In this document: positions 10,691-24,580 of the stretch, in pieces
Numbering within the stretch: the first letter of the stretch is position 1
Layout: each line of letters starts with the position of its first letter
Source of the DNA: Isurus oxyrinchus
Lineage: Eukaryota
Assembly (NCBI GenBank): GCA_026770705.1
Contig: JANJGN010000008.1
Location: forward strand, 51,150,001-51,214,000
DNA: 64,000 nucleotides
Reading direction: 5' to 3'
Program-made: the position numbers and the translations under genes
Notes under the pieces: generated by a model
Databases searched by the model: none
What the model saw: only the letters and a program-made list of their open reading frames with translations
Told to the model about the DNA's origin: nothing

Positions 10691-13600
10691 CCCCCAATTA
10701 CTAGAGTCCCCTATTTCTTTTCTGCAGTTTGCCTCCTTGTATTGCCTCTTGCTCTACCTTCCACTGGTTAGCATCCTGATCATCCTCCCCATAGCTTTCT
10801 TTCTTATTCCCACAGGTAGAAAGTATATCATACATAATGGACAAGATCAATTTCTGGAGTCCCATCTTCTCTGCCTCCACTAGGTTCTCAATATCCTACT
10901 GTCAGTCACACATTTCTCTTTCTGTACCTCGCTACATAGTTTACTTCAGAATACCGTCATGCTATCTCAACATTTCTCCACCTCCCTTTTGTGTGGGAGT
11001 GTCTCTAACTCATGCTCCAGCTCAATGCCTCTGAGCCAACGTGATTCAGAATCAGAAATTTCCCACATTTTCATCAGGGATAAACTCACTGTCCACAATT
11101 CCTACATTCTGCAGCCCTGACACATTGCTTGTACTGCCATTATCACTATATTTATTTGTTTATTTTAAAACAGTTATTTATCTTTATTTTCTGATTTGTT
11201 CTCAATACTAAATCATAATTATCAGATGGATGAACTGGTTTCCAATACTTATTATATTTCTCAGTTTAGTATATTAACCAGTTACATCTATTTACTTAAA
11301 GCAATTAGCTTAGTTTTGGTCTTGCCATTTGCACATTCATTTAAAAAAGTTTCATTTAACCTATATATGGTTGAATATTAAAACATGAATAAATAATCAA
11401 ACACTTAGCTTTTATTCCTTGGACTGCTACTCCTTCCCCTGCATTGGCTATGGAGTCAAATTCTTCATTTTGTTTAAAAACTGCCGTACTTTTTAAAAAT
11501 ATTCTTTCCAGGAACTACCCATGATGTTCCAATCTGTCACTCTTTTGTTGAGCTTTGCAGTTATTGTACCATGGATAAATGGCACTAATGGATTTACACT
11601 GTTGGTAGAGACAACTCCTTCCTGCTTGTTCCAAGATGGTGCATGGTCAGGTTATAAGGCCTTGACAGCTAAAATAGAAATTGTCTGCACAAAATACAAC
11701 ACTTTTGTGAAGTCATAATATATGGATTTTATGCAAACCTAAATACAAGTTTGAGTCAGCATTGGATGCTAACACAATAAATACTATTAGCGATAAAGTT
11801 ATTTTTAATTTGCATATTGTAAGCCAATGCATGGTTACCATGTAAAATATTAAATAGGAACAACATCCTTTTATAAAACAGTGCTACAAGTGTTACGATT
11901 ATATACCTTAGGACAGCACTCATTTCTCAGTGTCAATCCTACCACTCTGGAGGCCTCATGCCTGGTGTTGCATGACTTGTTCAAAGACAATGTTGTCCAA
12001 TAGAAATTGCTGACTAGCCATAGGTATGGCTACAACACTTTCAGTGACATGCACAAGTTTACTAGAAAATATTTTACACAAAATACAAGTAAATGTACTT
12101 CATATGTTTTGGTTCAAAGCCTTGCAATCTTTCTCTTTCATCAAAGTTTTGAATTCTGGCATTAATATAACAGACAAAGCACATTTTAATGAAGGCTCCA
12201 GATCGTGTCCGGGAGTTGTAGGTGGTACTTTGAATGCCAGAGTGATTACCAAGTAGTTTGACTTGCACAATGAGAAATGTTGGAGATGCCACTGCTCTCC
12301 CTCCAGAATATGGTTGGATGTGGCTGCCCTGTTGCAGCCACTTGTTACTGATTAGGCATACTGAGTGAACGATTATTCCAACTGGTTGAACTGACCATGG
12401 TCATAGCTCTTCTCTCCATATTATAGTGCTGATATTTCAATGGTGCTGAATTCTGCCATTTTTCCCTGTGTTGCATGCCATTTTAGCTGATAATCAATAA
12501 ACAGTAACCAAGCATGGAAAGCACATGCAATGATCAAAAGGCTCCCTCACTCTGCTTTCCATTTTTACCAATTTATGCAAAAAATATTAAAAACACATAT
12601 GCTTACACCATAAGTACTGAGATGATATGGTGTCTGTTACTCATTTTTACCTACTAATCAGAATATGGCTCTGTGACATGGGTTAGTTTATTGAAAGAAA
12701 ACAGTTGGTATCCGATATCAGGAAACTGAACTGATTGAGCCAGGTGCCCTAGAAACACACACGACTGTTCAGCATTTTGATCCATGGGTTCTGCAAGCTT
12801 CCCAGGAACTGGAATGCCTTTTGATACTGACAGGAGTTGGGCATTTCCTACAGAATGGTGTGGATGGAAGAGTATAAACTACATAGATGCTCAGTTATGC
12901 TCGGAAAGCAAACAATGAAGGTGCAGCAACATTTCATACAATGTTTAAATTCCATCTATATCTTCTAGTTTTCAGAAACCAAAAAAATGGACAGAGAGCA
13001 GGAGTAAAGGTTTTCTTCACTGCAGGGATAGATAAAAGAACCAATGTGCAGCCCAAGGACATATCTTTTAAGATGCAGCAAGGAATTATGTGGCTGCCCC
13101 AACCTCATCAACATGGCCATTTATTTATATTGATTAAGTCAAATTCCATTTTCATTACGCGAATCTGAGATTTTTATCCATGTTGTTATTCTATCTGTTT
13201 ATAATTAAAACCACTGATATGTAGTGAGGGAGTTAGATTCCATTTTTATTGCAAGAGATTCTGGGATCTTTACTAAGACTTTGGGAACTGAATTCTGAGA
13301 TTCTATTTTCCCTGTGAAAATTGTAAATAAGTGGCCCTGCTCATCAGCATCTTAAAGATACTACATCCATGGTGATTTTCTCTTGTTGACTATTTAGGCA
13401 TACAAACAGCATCCTGAATGATTCATTTGAAAACTGTCCTTTTTGTATCACTGAAGTTTAAGTTCATATGTTGTGTATGTTCTCAATTCTAATTCAAAAA
13501 AGTGTAGCCCAACAAAGGAGAGACTGTACCTTTAATTGTATAAAATTTTATTTGAATTTAATGAGCTGGAATTAAACAGTTCAGTAATAGGTATACACCA

Positions 13601-14814
13601 AACACAATATTTTAATATTTATTTAGTGCTGATTTGATTAGATTTGTATTTTATAAATAATCATTCCCCTTTTCAGTACACAACGCTACAAGATTACAAT
13701 CAACTCTGTAAGATATACTTATTTTCAGATAATCTTCATAAAATATCCCATGCATTCGGTTCAAAATAAAATGTGTCCATTTGCAGTAATACTGCTTTAT
13801 ACAGTACCTTAGTGCAAGATGTTTATCAATGTTTGAAAAATGTAGAGATCAACCTATTTTTAAACAAACTTACTTAGCTGTAAGTCAAAAATGTTAAAAT
13901 ATGATTTTTGATCAATTTTTTTTTTGAGTAACTGTCTTTCATCTCTAGTCTAGTTCTCCAAGATGCACAGTAGACCTTGGGTCAGGTCAGCACAAATGTA
14001 ATGTCACATAACTGTTATTCCCACAGCCAGTACAGCATTATCTTTAAGTGCTGTGCATATACAAATCGTGATGAGTAAAGTTTTAGTTATACATACTTTT
14101 CAAATGTTAATGACAATAATATTTGTATATTAATTATCTTTTGTACGGTGGCATGCACCTCCTGTGTCACAAATTCACATTGTTAAATGTTATGCAAAAA
14201 TTTCTAATGGGAAATACAATGTTTAAATGTCAATACTTACCTGCAACACTAAATTGTAATGATCTGCTATGCCACTAGGTGGTACTTTATCTTTCCCTGA
14301 AAAATCATTCAAAATGCTTTCTGGGACTGAAATTTATAATTCTGAAATATGGTTTAAACAAAATTTTGAAAAATGTAATTACATATCTCACAATCAAGAT
14401 CAAATTTGTCATTTGCACAGTCTTTGATTGTCTTCATTAAAGTTTTTAAAGGCGTAATCGCTCCTGGAAATCTGGATTTAAACTGATGTTCTGCCCCGAA
14501 CCAGGCCTCTGTTACTGAAGGCAGATTGTGTTGTCTGATTATGTGCAGTGCATCCAATTTCCCATGATGCATCAACAGCATTTACTCAGCTGAACCACTG
14601 GAACATTCTTTAGCATCTAGCAATTCCTGCTCAGTTGTTTTTCAAAATTATTTCAAGGCCAGCAAAATGACAAATTTTGAGATTCTTTTTAAATGAAGAG
14701 AGTATGTGCTTCTGAGAGAGGAACAGGAAAGACAAACTGTATTGATTACACTTCAATTGTAGATTATATTTTGCATATTTTTAATTTCAAAAAGCATATT
14801 AGAAACACAAGAAG

Positions 14815-15003
14815 TGGCGTTTTTTCTCAGTTTGCCAGCCAGGCATAAAACTGAAGTTACTGATGGATTACATATTATAGAAACCTCTTGATTTTCATTT
14901 CCATTGAACTTAATGGAAAATAAAATTGGGATATTTCTAGAATGGGCAGCTGATCCATTTTATCTAAATTTTATACCTAGCAGCAAGTTGAAGATCTACT
15001 CTA
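14815..15003. repeat. Degenerate palindromic MITE-like element
   Basis: Central hairpin tttccatt-gaactt-aatggaaa (14898-14919) with imperfectly pairing flanks. Confidence 0.45.
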
Positions 15004-15342
15004 GTGTCTTTCCTCAACCTAATATGAGTTTTTTTAAGCATAGTTAAATTCTAAAGCAAATGGAATGCCTTCTGTCATCATCCATGTTTTGTTGCTGGTT
15101 AGAAACTTTAAATATATTAACTATATAAAGTTGTCAGACAGAGATGGTGGAAGGAGAGATTTTTCTCATTTTAATTTCTGAGTTCTTTCAAATTGGAAAA
15201 AATGCTGTAAAATTTTTAAAACAAAAAGTAAAGTTAATAATCACCAGATCAGTTTTGAGAGTGGGTTGAATATTTAGATTTTCTTATAGTGATGATGGAA
15301 CAGACGGACATTGAAGGAAAGGGTGGGGGGGGGGGGGCATGA

Positions 15343-15501
15343 GAGAGAGGGGGAGGGGTAGCGAGAGGCGGAGAGAGGGGGAGGGGTAGCGAGAGGCGGA
15401 GAGAGGGGGAGGGGTAGCGAGAGGCGGAGAGAGGGGGAGGGGTAGCGAGAGGCGGAGAGAGGGGGAGGGGTAGCGAGAGGCGGAGAGAGGGGGAGGGGTA
15501 G
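15343..15501 (+). repeat. 28-bp purine-rich minisatellite (gagagagggggaggggtagcgagaggcg)n running into an assembly gap
   Basis: Period 28 (gcgagaggcg at 15361, 15389, 15417...); at least 5 identical units are visible before the Ns. Confidence 0.95.
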
Positions 15502-16428
15502 NNNNNNNNNNNNNNNNNNNNNNNNNNNNNNNNNNNNNNNNNNNNNNNNNNNNNNNNNNNNNNNNNNNNNNNNNNNNNNNNNNNNNNNNNNNNNNNNNNN
15601 NNNNNNNNNNNNNNNNNNNNNNNNNNNNNNNNNNNNNNNNNNNNNNNNNNNNNNNNNNNNNNGAGAGAGTAAGACNNNNNNNNNNNNNNNNNNNNNNNNN
15701 NNNNNNNNNNNNNNNNNNNNNNNNNNNNNNNNNNNNNNNNNNNNNNNNNNNNNNNNNNNNNNNNNNNNNNNNNNNNNNNNNNNNNNNNNNNNNNNNNNNN
15801 NNNNNNNNNNNNNNNNNNNNNNNNNNNNNNNNNNNNNNNNNNNNNNNNNNNNNNNNNNNNNNNNNNNNNNNNNNNNNNNNNNNNNNNNNNNNNNNNNNNN
15901 NNNNNNNNNNNNNNNNNNNNNNNNNNNNNNNNNNNNNNNNNNNNNNNNNNNNNNNNNNNNNNNNNNNNNNNNNNNNNNNNNNNNNNNNNNNNNNNNNNNN
16001 NNNNNNNNNNNNNNNNNNNNNNNNNNNNNNNNNNNNNNNNNNNNNNNNNNNNNNNNNNNNNNNNNNNNNNNNNNNNNNNNNNNNNNNNNNNNNNNNNNNN
16101 NNNNNNNNNNNNNNNNNNNNNNNNNNNNNNNNNNNNNNNNNNNNNNNNNNNNNNNNNNNNNNNNNNNNNNNNNNNNNNNNNNNNNNNNNNNNNNNNNNNN
16201 NNNNNNNNNNNNNNNNNNNNNNNNNNNNNNNNNNNNNNNNNNNNNNNNNNNNNNNNNNNNNNNNNNNNNNNNNNNNNNNNNNNNNNNNNNNNNNNNNNNN
16301 NNNNNNNNNNNNNNNNNNNNNNNNNNNNNNNNNNNNNNNNNNNNNNNNNNNNNNNNNNNNNNNNNNNNNNNNNNNNNNNNNNNNNNNNNNNNNNNNNNNN
16401 NNNNNNNNNNNNNNNNNNNNNNNNNNNN
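15502..16428. other. Assembly gap(s) (N runs 15502-15662 and 15676-16428)
   Basis: Runs of N. Confidence 1.
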
Positions 16429-16514
16429 ACTGCATGAACTCCATCCAAGCTCTGTGTAATACCAAGCCATTTCCTATTACCACCAAAGCCCAACACATGC
16501 TTTCAAAGTGCTGA

Positions 16515-16715
16515 AAGCAAAATACTACATAGATACAGGAAATCTACATTTTAAAAATGAAAATGCTCAACCATTCACCTTATCACACAGCATTAGTTGA
16601 GAAATTAAAGAGTTTAGGTTAGTGATTCACATCTAGACTTGAAGTGTTAATCTTTTTTCCTCTCTGTACAGATGTTCCCTGACCTGCTGTATGTTTCTGC
16701 ATGTTGTGTCTCATT
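16515..16715. repeat. Highly degenerate Penelope-LTR-like palindromic repeat
   Basis: aaagcaaaatactac..agatacaggaaatct... and ...tctctgtacagatgttccctgacctgctgtatgtttctgcat resemble the arms of the 35.6-kb family. Confidence 0.5.
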
Positions 16716-19079
16716 AGAGGACTGTCCTCCAAATATAGCTAAACACAACTCCTTTTCTCCAGCATTTCCAAATGTCTGAGATCTACCTGCAATCAGTGTA
16801 AGTTGTGTACCATCTTTCTGTGTATACTTGGCTTTAAAAGTAATCAGGGATTAAGATTTAAATTCACATCAGAATATCAAAATGAAGAATACACATTTAT
16901 GATTTTCACAGAATAATTTCCAGAATTGAATCCTCAAAGCACCAGTAAAAATGTCAATTTAACAGAAATGAAATTTGACTTGTTCAGTTGCTGGCCCTGA
17001 TGTTGTGCCCTGCATAGCATAAACATCCTCAAGAGGTTTCTCTGAATCATCCTATGAAAGCCAACAGTTGATCTACCATGATATAATAGGATTGTGACCA
17101 TTTATGCTCAAAAGCATTTTCTGGGTCTGTATATCAAAGTTAGTCAGACTAAGTATCTGGCCATTACTATCAGATTCATAACCTCCTGCCTAAAGTAGTT
17201 ACCATTTGCTTTCCCCCTCAGTAAATATCTCCAACTAAACCATAGTGGTTTCAAACTTGTCTAAGGTTATGAATCCTGCAGCCGCTCAGCTGAGGGCTAA
17301 ATGGTACAATTACCGTGTGAAATTGAGACTAGGTTCTCATGTACTTGCTAATCATGTATTTACAGAAACAGGCAGTGAGGCAAACATAGTATTAGCTGCG
17401 GATTTCCCCTGCTAAAAAACAGGCAAACAGGAGGATTCCCAACTTTGGAAACAGATGGAGTGGTTGTTTGAAGCAGCATTGAGTACAGGAAGAGTGGTCA
17501 GAGATGGAAATGGAAAGGAAGGGAAATTTGACAGACATGAAGGCGTAGGAGTTCCGAGATGGATTAAGTTCAAAATAAAGGAGGAAGTGGATGCTTGAGG
17601 CATATTCATGAGAAAGTTATGTCTCAATGAATGAGACTCATTTTGAAAAATTCTCACTAATCTTTGTTAAAATTTTCACACCTGTTTCAAGCATAATTAC
17701 CCTAGTGATTATGTGTCATAATAAAGATTAATTGTAATTTTGTTATATGAAGGAGGGGGAGAGAGAAGGAATGAAAGCAAATATGCAGTGAGGGGTAGAA
17801 AAGATTACACAAGCAGTGAAAAGATTGGGTATAGTTTTAACAATTTCATCTGCAAGTGATGATGTTACCCTAGGTACCAGTGAGAGGGAGCAGTGCACCC
17901 ATATATACCGGTGGGAGGGATCAGTGAGGAAGAGGTACTGAGTGTGACAGAAATGGGTAGGGAGATACCTATCAGGAGTACAGGCTGATGAGAATAAACT
18001 GTTCTTTCCAATCAGCATAGATTTTGAACCTTAAATTTTTATTTTAACTATTACGACTGAAAACACTAAAATTTTCTGTCCCCTTATCAAGGTGAAAATT
18101 TCCAAACCAATTCTTTACTAAGCACATTGGTTGCTTGACATTTTTTAAAAAATAATGATAGGTGGTTACAAGGAGAAACCTAACTGAGTGTTTTCAGAAT
18201 TCACATTAACCCACCAGTCAACTTGAATACTACAACATTTTAAACAAAATACAGAAAGTGTATATGAATCATATTTTATTATATTGAGCTTTGAGAAATA
18301 ATCCAGGATTGGAAGTTTTTAGATAAGATATTTGAATTTGTTGAACACTGAAAAGCTAATTCACTCATATTAAATGTTGCAAGGTCTAGATAGTCGTCAC
18401 TTGCACGAATTGTGTATTTTAATTAAGAGGAACAGAAACATTTTACAGCATATCAGAAATTTTAGGCACTCGATTTGAATCATTCAATACCTCACTGCTA
18501 AAATCTCAATGTGTACAGCAATATTAATACAATGAACTAAAGCTGATCTATGACAATTGTTGTAGTATTATCAGAAAAGCCAGTTTGTCATCTGTGCCTT
18601 AAGTACAAAAGAAGATGTAGTTCATTGTAACAAAAGCATAAAGTCAGACCTCATCTGTATTTCTTTTAAAGGAATGGCATTCAGCTTCTTTTTCATGTTT
18701 ACTAATCTTCTCAAAGCCCTAAAAGGTTCTTCTTTTGCACATATACAATAAACTGTAGGCCTCCACAGCAGCTGATCTTTAATTTGTTTTTGTCTTCCAT
18801 TTTTTCTAATGTATTATTGTTTTAAATATATTAAAATGAAATCAAAGGTCAAGTTTAGCATCACTTTAAGGTTCTGTAGAAATCCTGATCACATGATGGA
18901 ACATTATTCAACAGAGATTAAAATATACATGAAATTATGAAACTACGCTCCGTGGGTTACACATTTCTTCTAACCTTCAACTTAATGATAAAACTGTAGT
19001 TGAATTAGAAGCTATGCTATACTCATTAATAAGTTTTAAATAATTGGACCATACAAACATTCCAAAATGGTCATGCAAC

Positions 19080-20300
19080 AAACCATAGAAAATTACAGCA
19101 TATAAGACACCATTCAGTCCATCATGTCTGTGTCAGCTCTTTGCTAGAGAAATCTAAAACGAATCCCATGGTACTGCCCTCTCCCCTTTGCCCTATAAAT
19201 TCCCCTGCCTCAGATATTTACTGAATTTTCCTTTTTTAAAAGAAAGGTCTCTGCTTCACCCACTAGCTATGCCAAAGTATTGTACACTCCAGCAACCTTC
19301 TGTCCAAATAACTTTCTAATGTATCTCCTCATTCTCAGTGGTTATTTTAAATTTATAATCCATCATCACTGGTTCCCTAAATGGGAACTTAATTTATTTA
19401 CTCTTTCATACCTCTTCATAATTTTTATAAGTTTGATTAAATCTCTCGTTCGCCTTCTCTGCTGTAATAATAATTATCCCAATATGTCAATTATTTCCAA
19501 ATAACTGTAAGTTTCCCATCTCTGATATTGCTCTGGTGAATCTATGCTAAGTGGTCTATATTGCATAGCTTAACCTGAAAATGCCTTTTTTATAATGGGC
19601 TACCCAAAATTGCACGCAGCATTCTTGTTGTCGTTCGTGTAAATTCACCTTTACTCTAAACATAATTTTACAGCTTTATTTACCTGCATTTTCAGGCAAT
19701 TGTATATTTGAACCTCTGTCTTCAGGCACATCTTCAGGTTTTTTATAATGAAGTGTACGCTTCCACCCTTTGCTTTTTGCCCCGAAACCTCACGTTTCCC
19801 ACATATAATTACATTTCTCATTTGTTTACTCTGTTGACCAATCCATGTCTTCTTGACCTTTTACAGATCTGCTTACTGTTTGCCAAATCTCCTAACTTTT
19901 TTGTGCTGTCAGCAGACTTCAAGATTGTGCTCCATATAGCTAAGTTCAAAAGATCTATACATATTTAGGACAAATCTGGACCCTCCCCTGAACACTACTT
20001 CCAACTCTTTTCTAGTCTGTTTGCCCTAGCCCTTTATTACACGTTCATTAAGACGACTTTCCATTCATGCTGCTACATAGAGGCAGACTGACAAGATGAA
20101 AAAGATTTTCCGAATGGTCGTTATGAATATTTCCGTAGTGCTTTATTGCCGACACCCTCTTTTTTCCGGATTGTGTAGAATCCGCGCCCTTTTATTCCAC
20201 CCCTGCTGCTGCATTTCCTGTTAAACCAAACGCCTGGATTTTTCTAATCAAGCTTCTCATGAGATACCTTAACAAACATTTCTAAAACAAAAACCCATCT
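19080..20300 (-). mobile_element. Old CR1 LINE 3' fragment
   Basis: Reverse-complement CR1 tail (catagaaaattacagcat..caccattcagtccatcatgtctgtgtcagctct) followed by decayed ORF2-like text (ataatttttataagtttgattaaatctc; ttgtgctgtcagcagactt = KSADST, a YADD-like motif). Confidence 0.65.
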
Positions 20301-22260
20301 ACAACATTCCTTTAACTATTCACACTTCTTAAAACGAAAGCAAAGCGGTGCAAACTTTTAATATTACCTTTAGCATTGTTAGCCTAACTTTATCATATAC
20401 CTCCACTTTAAGTTGTTTCGTTTTACTATATCTATCCACTTGATTCATTCTCTTATGTGAATATTGAATTTGCACTCACTGCAGCTCGTATTTTCCCACA
20501 CCTGTTAGCTATTTGGTTTTGCTCGGATCCTTTCCTATTTCACTGAATAAGCTGTTTTCCAGCCCAGTACCCTTACCTTTAGCTTTTCGAGCGGTAACTT
20601 ATTTGGATCATCTCCCTTGCCGCCTTCGTGGAGCGCCAAAAAAATCTCAAAATTACTCGTTGACAGCTAAATGCAATTCTTCGACATTTGCCACAATTTA
20701 AATATGAAAGCTTCTTCCAAAACGTTTCACTTAGTTGTTTTTACTCAACATCAGGGCCAGTAAAGACGGCCGTACAAAAGCCAAACAATATGGATACACA
20801 TTGGAACACAAATTTCAAAACAACTGTTTTAAAATAAGTATAATGTAATTCTCAAGGATAATCCCAGTTTGGAGAAAGCTCTAAACAAATATGGAGTGAA
20901 CACAGTCCCTGCTCGCCAATTCAGTGTAACCATACTGTCGGGGTTAAATTGCAGTGTTGTCCATCATATTCACACACAGGAATGTTTATAGGCTTCAATT
21001 GTTAAACTAGAATTGCCAAGTTTCGTCAGAAGGCTGTTGCTTCCTTAAACAAAATTTAGTCCGAAGATCGCTTCGAGAACTTTACATCGGATATAAAACG
21101 TTAGCATTTGGAACTTAGGATATTCTTTTTTTAAATGGAAAAAAAAAATCCTGGCTAAAGACTAAGGAATTCGTTAACTTTTCCAAAGCAGAGACCACGA
21201 CAGCATCACTGCCCCTAACCAGAGTCCTTCTATACTTCTAAATTCAGTCAAAGGATGTCTTCTTTGAAATCTGGGGTTCTGCAATCTTAAATCACCTCAT
21301 GTGCCCTTGATGTGTTTTTTTTCTCTGAAACTGACATATTAGCCCTAGCTCTGATTAATGTCTTCTTCAAAAACGTTTAGGTGCTGAACGAACAGGTGAC
21401 ATCATTGATTATTGCTTGTTTCTAGTGTTCTATGATTAAACAGGCCAATTGTCGATGGGTTGTAGTTGGTCGGATTGCGGTTAGGCGGATCGCGATTAGT
21501 CGGTCCGGCAGTTTATATTGCTTATGCATTTATTATAAGGAATGAAATCAGAAACAGAGGTCCCACATTGTATCCAGTTTTCTGTTGGTCCTTGAATTTA
21601 AGCATTGCAACTCTCTTCTGATTACTGTAACAGCACATTACATATATGTTTATAGTATATATATATATATATACACACACACATATGTTTTTATGTATAT
21701 TGTAATATATATTGTACTCTTGATTCGCAGCATGAAGTTGAACATTTACCGATCGGAATCAGGTGATACTGGTGGTATGAAAGGGTGTTTCCTTGTAACA
21801 AAATCCAACAGTATTTTTAAACTGGAGCTTTCGTTTATTTCCACTCGTTCAAAAATGACAGTTCAAATAGTAGGATAGTTAGAACATTTGTTCCCTCGAT
21901 CGGTTTCAGCTTTTAGCCATTCTGATTATATTACGTTTGCTTTGTGCTTAATGTCTGTGTTCAGACTTAACGTGGAGACTTGATCAAATGCTATTCCATT
22001 TGCAAAGTAACCTATAAAAAGGGGGAAAAACAAACTGTAGTGATGATCTAACCCCATGTTAAAATAGGTGAAAATTACATAACGTTACAACAACCTACAA
22101 CATTGCATTTCATGGGTTTCACATACTGACAGTTTCATTCACCATAAACATCCACCGAAAAAAAATCGAGAAGTTGCAGCTGCGTGAAAAGCTTAACTTT
22201 GTACATCGCACTACCGATAACACGTCACTTCAGGATTTCGTAGACAAGCGTTATCTTTTC
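20050..22260. promoter_or_regulatory. CpG-enriched promoter/enhancer-like region
   Basis: Raised CpG content. CCAAT (21445-21449), ACTACAAnCCC-like ZNF143/THAP11 motif on the minus strand (21457-21467), ATCGCGAT palindrome (21489-21496) and minus-strand donor AAG|GTAAGG at 20577/20576. Confidence 0.4.
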
Positions 22261-22267
22261 AGCAGTT

Positions 22268-22606
22268 TTTTAAAAAATTCGTTTACAGGATGTGGGCTTC
22301 GCTGGCTAGGCCGGTATTTATTGCCCATCCCTAATTGCCCTTGAGAAGGTGGTGTTGAGCTGCCTTCTTGAACTGCTGCATTCCATGTGGTGTGCGTACA
22401 CCCAGGGTGTTGTCAGGGAGGGAGTTCCAGGATTTTGACCCAGCCACTGTGAAGGAACAGCAATATATTTCCAAGTCAGGATGGTGAGTTACTTGGAGAG
22501 GAACTTCCAGGTGGTGGTGTCCCCATCTATCTGCTGCCCTTGTCCTTCTAGAAGATAGTGGTTGTGGGTTTGGAAGGTGCTGTCAAAGGAGCCTTGGTGA
22601 GTTTCT
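22268..22606 (-). mobile_element. LINE 3' end (same family as 85-1160)
   Basis: Colinear with 85-425: tgtgggcttcgctggct..atttattgcccatccctaattgcccttgagaagg...gggagttccaggattttgacccagc. Confidence 0.85.
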
Positions 22607-22889
22607 GCTCATGGCTAGAAGCCACTAACTATATCTTACAGTTACCAATTGTGCTTCTTAATGAGTGTGCTTTAAAGGAATTAGTGGCTAAATTCAATAG
22701 TCATCGAAACCAGGCACAGAGATTAACTCCCCCCCTACTGTCTGCAAGGCAGGCTATTTACTATGAGTGCACTGTCCGGCCAGCATTAATTGCCTAAGCA
22801 GAGGGTGAATATTGAGAGTGGCTAGCACCAGGTAAAGCTGAGCTGCATCTCTTAAAGGGAATGCTTTGTGACCTGGGAGAACAATGGCA

Positions 22890-24580
22890 TAACATGACAG
22901 AGTAGGATGCAAAAATTTCAAAGTGCACGGAGACCTTGGTGGAGGAGAGTTGGAGATATGTCCTACATTTGCAGCGACCTAGGAGGCCCTCCAGGCACAC
23001 AGTCAGAAGGAAGTAGGAACAGATAGCCCTGGAAACCAATGCCAGTACTCAAAATCAGGGGACCTTGGTGCAGTACAGCAAAAAAGTTCAAAGAACTCAC
23101 ACCTGTGATCAAGGCTAGTGATGTACCTTCAAGTGCCATATCCTATCAGCTATACCACTAGCCTCAGACATTCCTCAATTCACCCACCTACAATCTCCAA
23201 TCAGGGCTCATCTATCATTTATATGTCACACAATTAGCACTGCTGCAAAGTGCACTCACACCCACATCTCAGCTTACACATACTGCCAGCTATTCAAACA
23301 AGATAGCCACATCTGCCAAACAAGTTGCACGCCACTCTGTCATACTTCCTTCTCCCTTGTAGGAGATGATGATACACAACTAGTGGGGCAAGCCCACCTA
23401 ACATATCCTGATCCTGGAGAGGAGACTGTTCTAGCCACTACTGAGATGCCTGTTGCTGAGACATGGCCACTGCTGTGTACTGAAACTTTCAAAATGCTAT
23501 CTTCATACCTAATCCTTCTCCTCACATTCCACCCATTCTCCTGATTTGCAAGCTGCAGGTGGAGTAAGAATGCACCTCTTCCTTTACTCCTCTCTGCACC
23601 TCAACTTTACGTCCAGGTATCTGAAAGACAGACAAGAAATGCAACTTGGCTAGGCAGTGGAGGAACAGCAAGACAGTGATGATCAAGACACAGTGCTATC
23701 ACTTGACTTGACACTTACAGCCAACAGCTCAGTTATTCACTCTGTATGCAATTTAGAGAACAGAGACAGGATCTGTACCTGGTGGGACACTGGGCATGAG
23801 TGACCTGCAGCCAGGCCAAGGGCAAAGATAGTGCAGGTAACAACTCTCCAGGGGATGAGGTCACACAAGAGTTCTGTTGCAGAGCACACAGATGAGCACT
23901 TCAATAGAGCAGGGTACAGAAGGTGGCTGATGGGAATGTACAATGAAATCCTTGGTGTATTGGGGAGCCTGTCAGAAGGATTGTGGTCAATGCCAAGCAG
24001 CATCAAAGAGAACAGCATCAACAGCCCAGGGCTTTGTGCAAAGCTTTGAATTAATCATTTCAAGCATGTAAATGGCAGCCAAATTCATGAGCACACTTGT
24101 GGAGCCAACCATGTTGTGGCGTCTGAAGGCCAATGTTGCAGCTTCCACCAGAAATCTGAATGCTGCAATGAAAATTCAGCTTGCAATTCATATTGGCTTG
24201 CAAGATGTCACAGCAGTCCAGCAATCCGCCCTCCAACAAATTTCCAGGATTGCTGACGTGCTGCATGGACAAGTGGCAATCGCTCCATGGAGCACAAACC
24301 TGCTGTCCTCAGAAAAAGAAAATTCATACTCCCATTGCCGCCATTCTGCCAGTGCCCTAGCTGTTGATTGTCAGCCAGCCAGTCCAGTCCATGTGACATG
24401 ATGCATGTGACAGCTTGGCCTTATTGACTCAAAGCTGCCCTCCCAGGCTATCTGCAGTCTCCTCTATTGAAAAGTCAGCAGCCAGGCATGCTGCAGCACA
24501 GATGCAGCAGTGTGAAGAAGTATCAAAGCTGGCAAAGGCTCACAGAGGACAATCACTAAAGGAATGCACAAGGGTGATTA
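22890..24580 (+). pseudogene. Harbinger Myb/SANT-like DNA-binding protein remnant
   Basis: ETLVEE..RRPSRHTVRRK*EQIALETNAS..TLVQYSKK/KFKELT motif (22890-23115), typical of Myb_DNA-bind_5 ORFs. Retained acceptor cttccttctcccttgtag| at ~23361. Many stops and frameshifts. Confidence 0.6.

Noticed and set aside
15249-16498. Three ~400-aa minus-strand ORFs
   Set aside because: Artefacts of translating through N gaps and the 28-bp minisatellite.
21640-21710. (TA)n/(CA)n microsatellites (also ~37700 and ~58033)
   Set aside because: Ordinary simple repeats.
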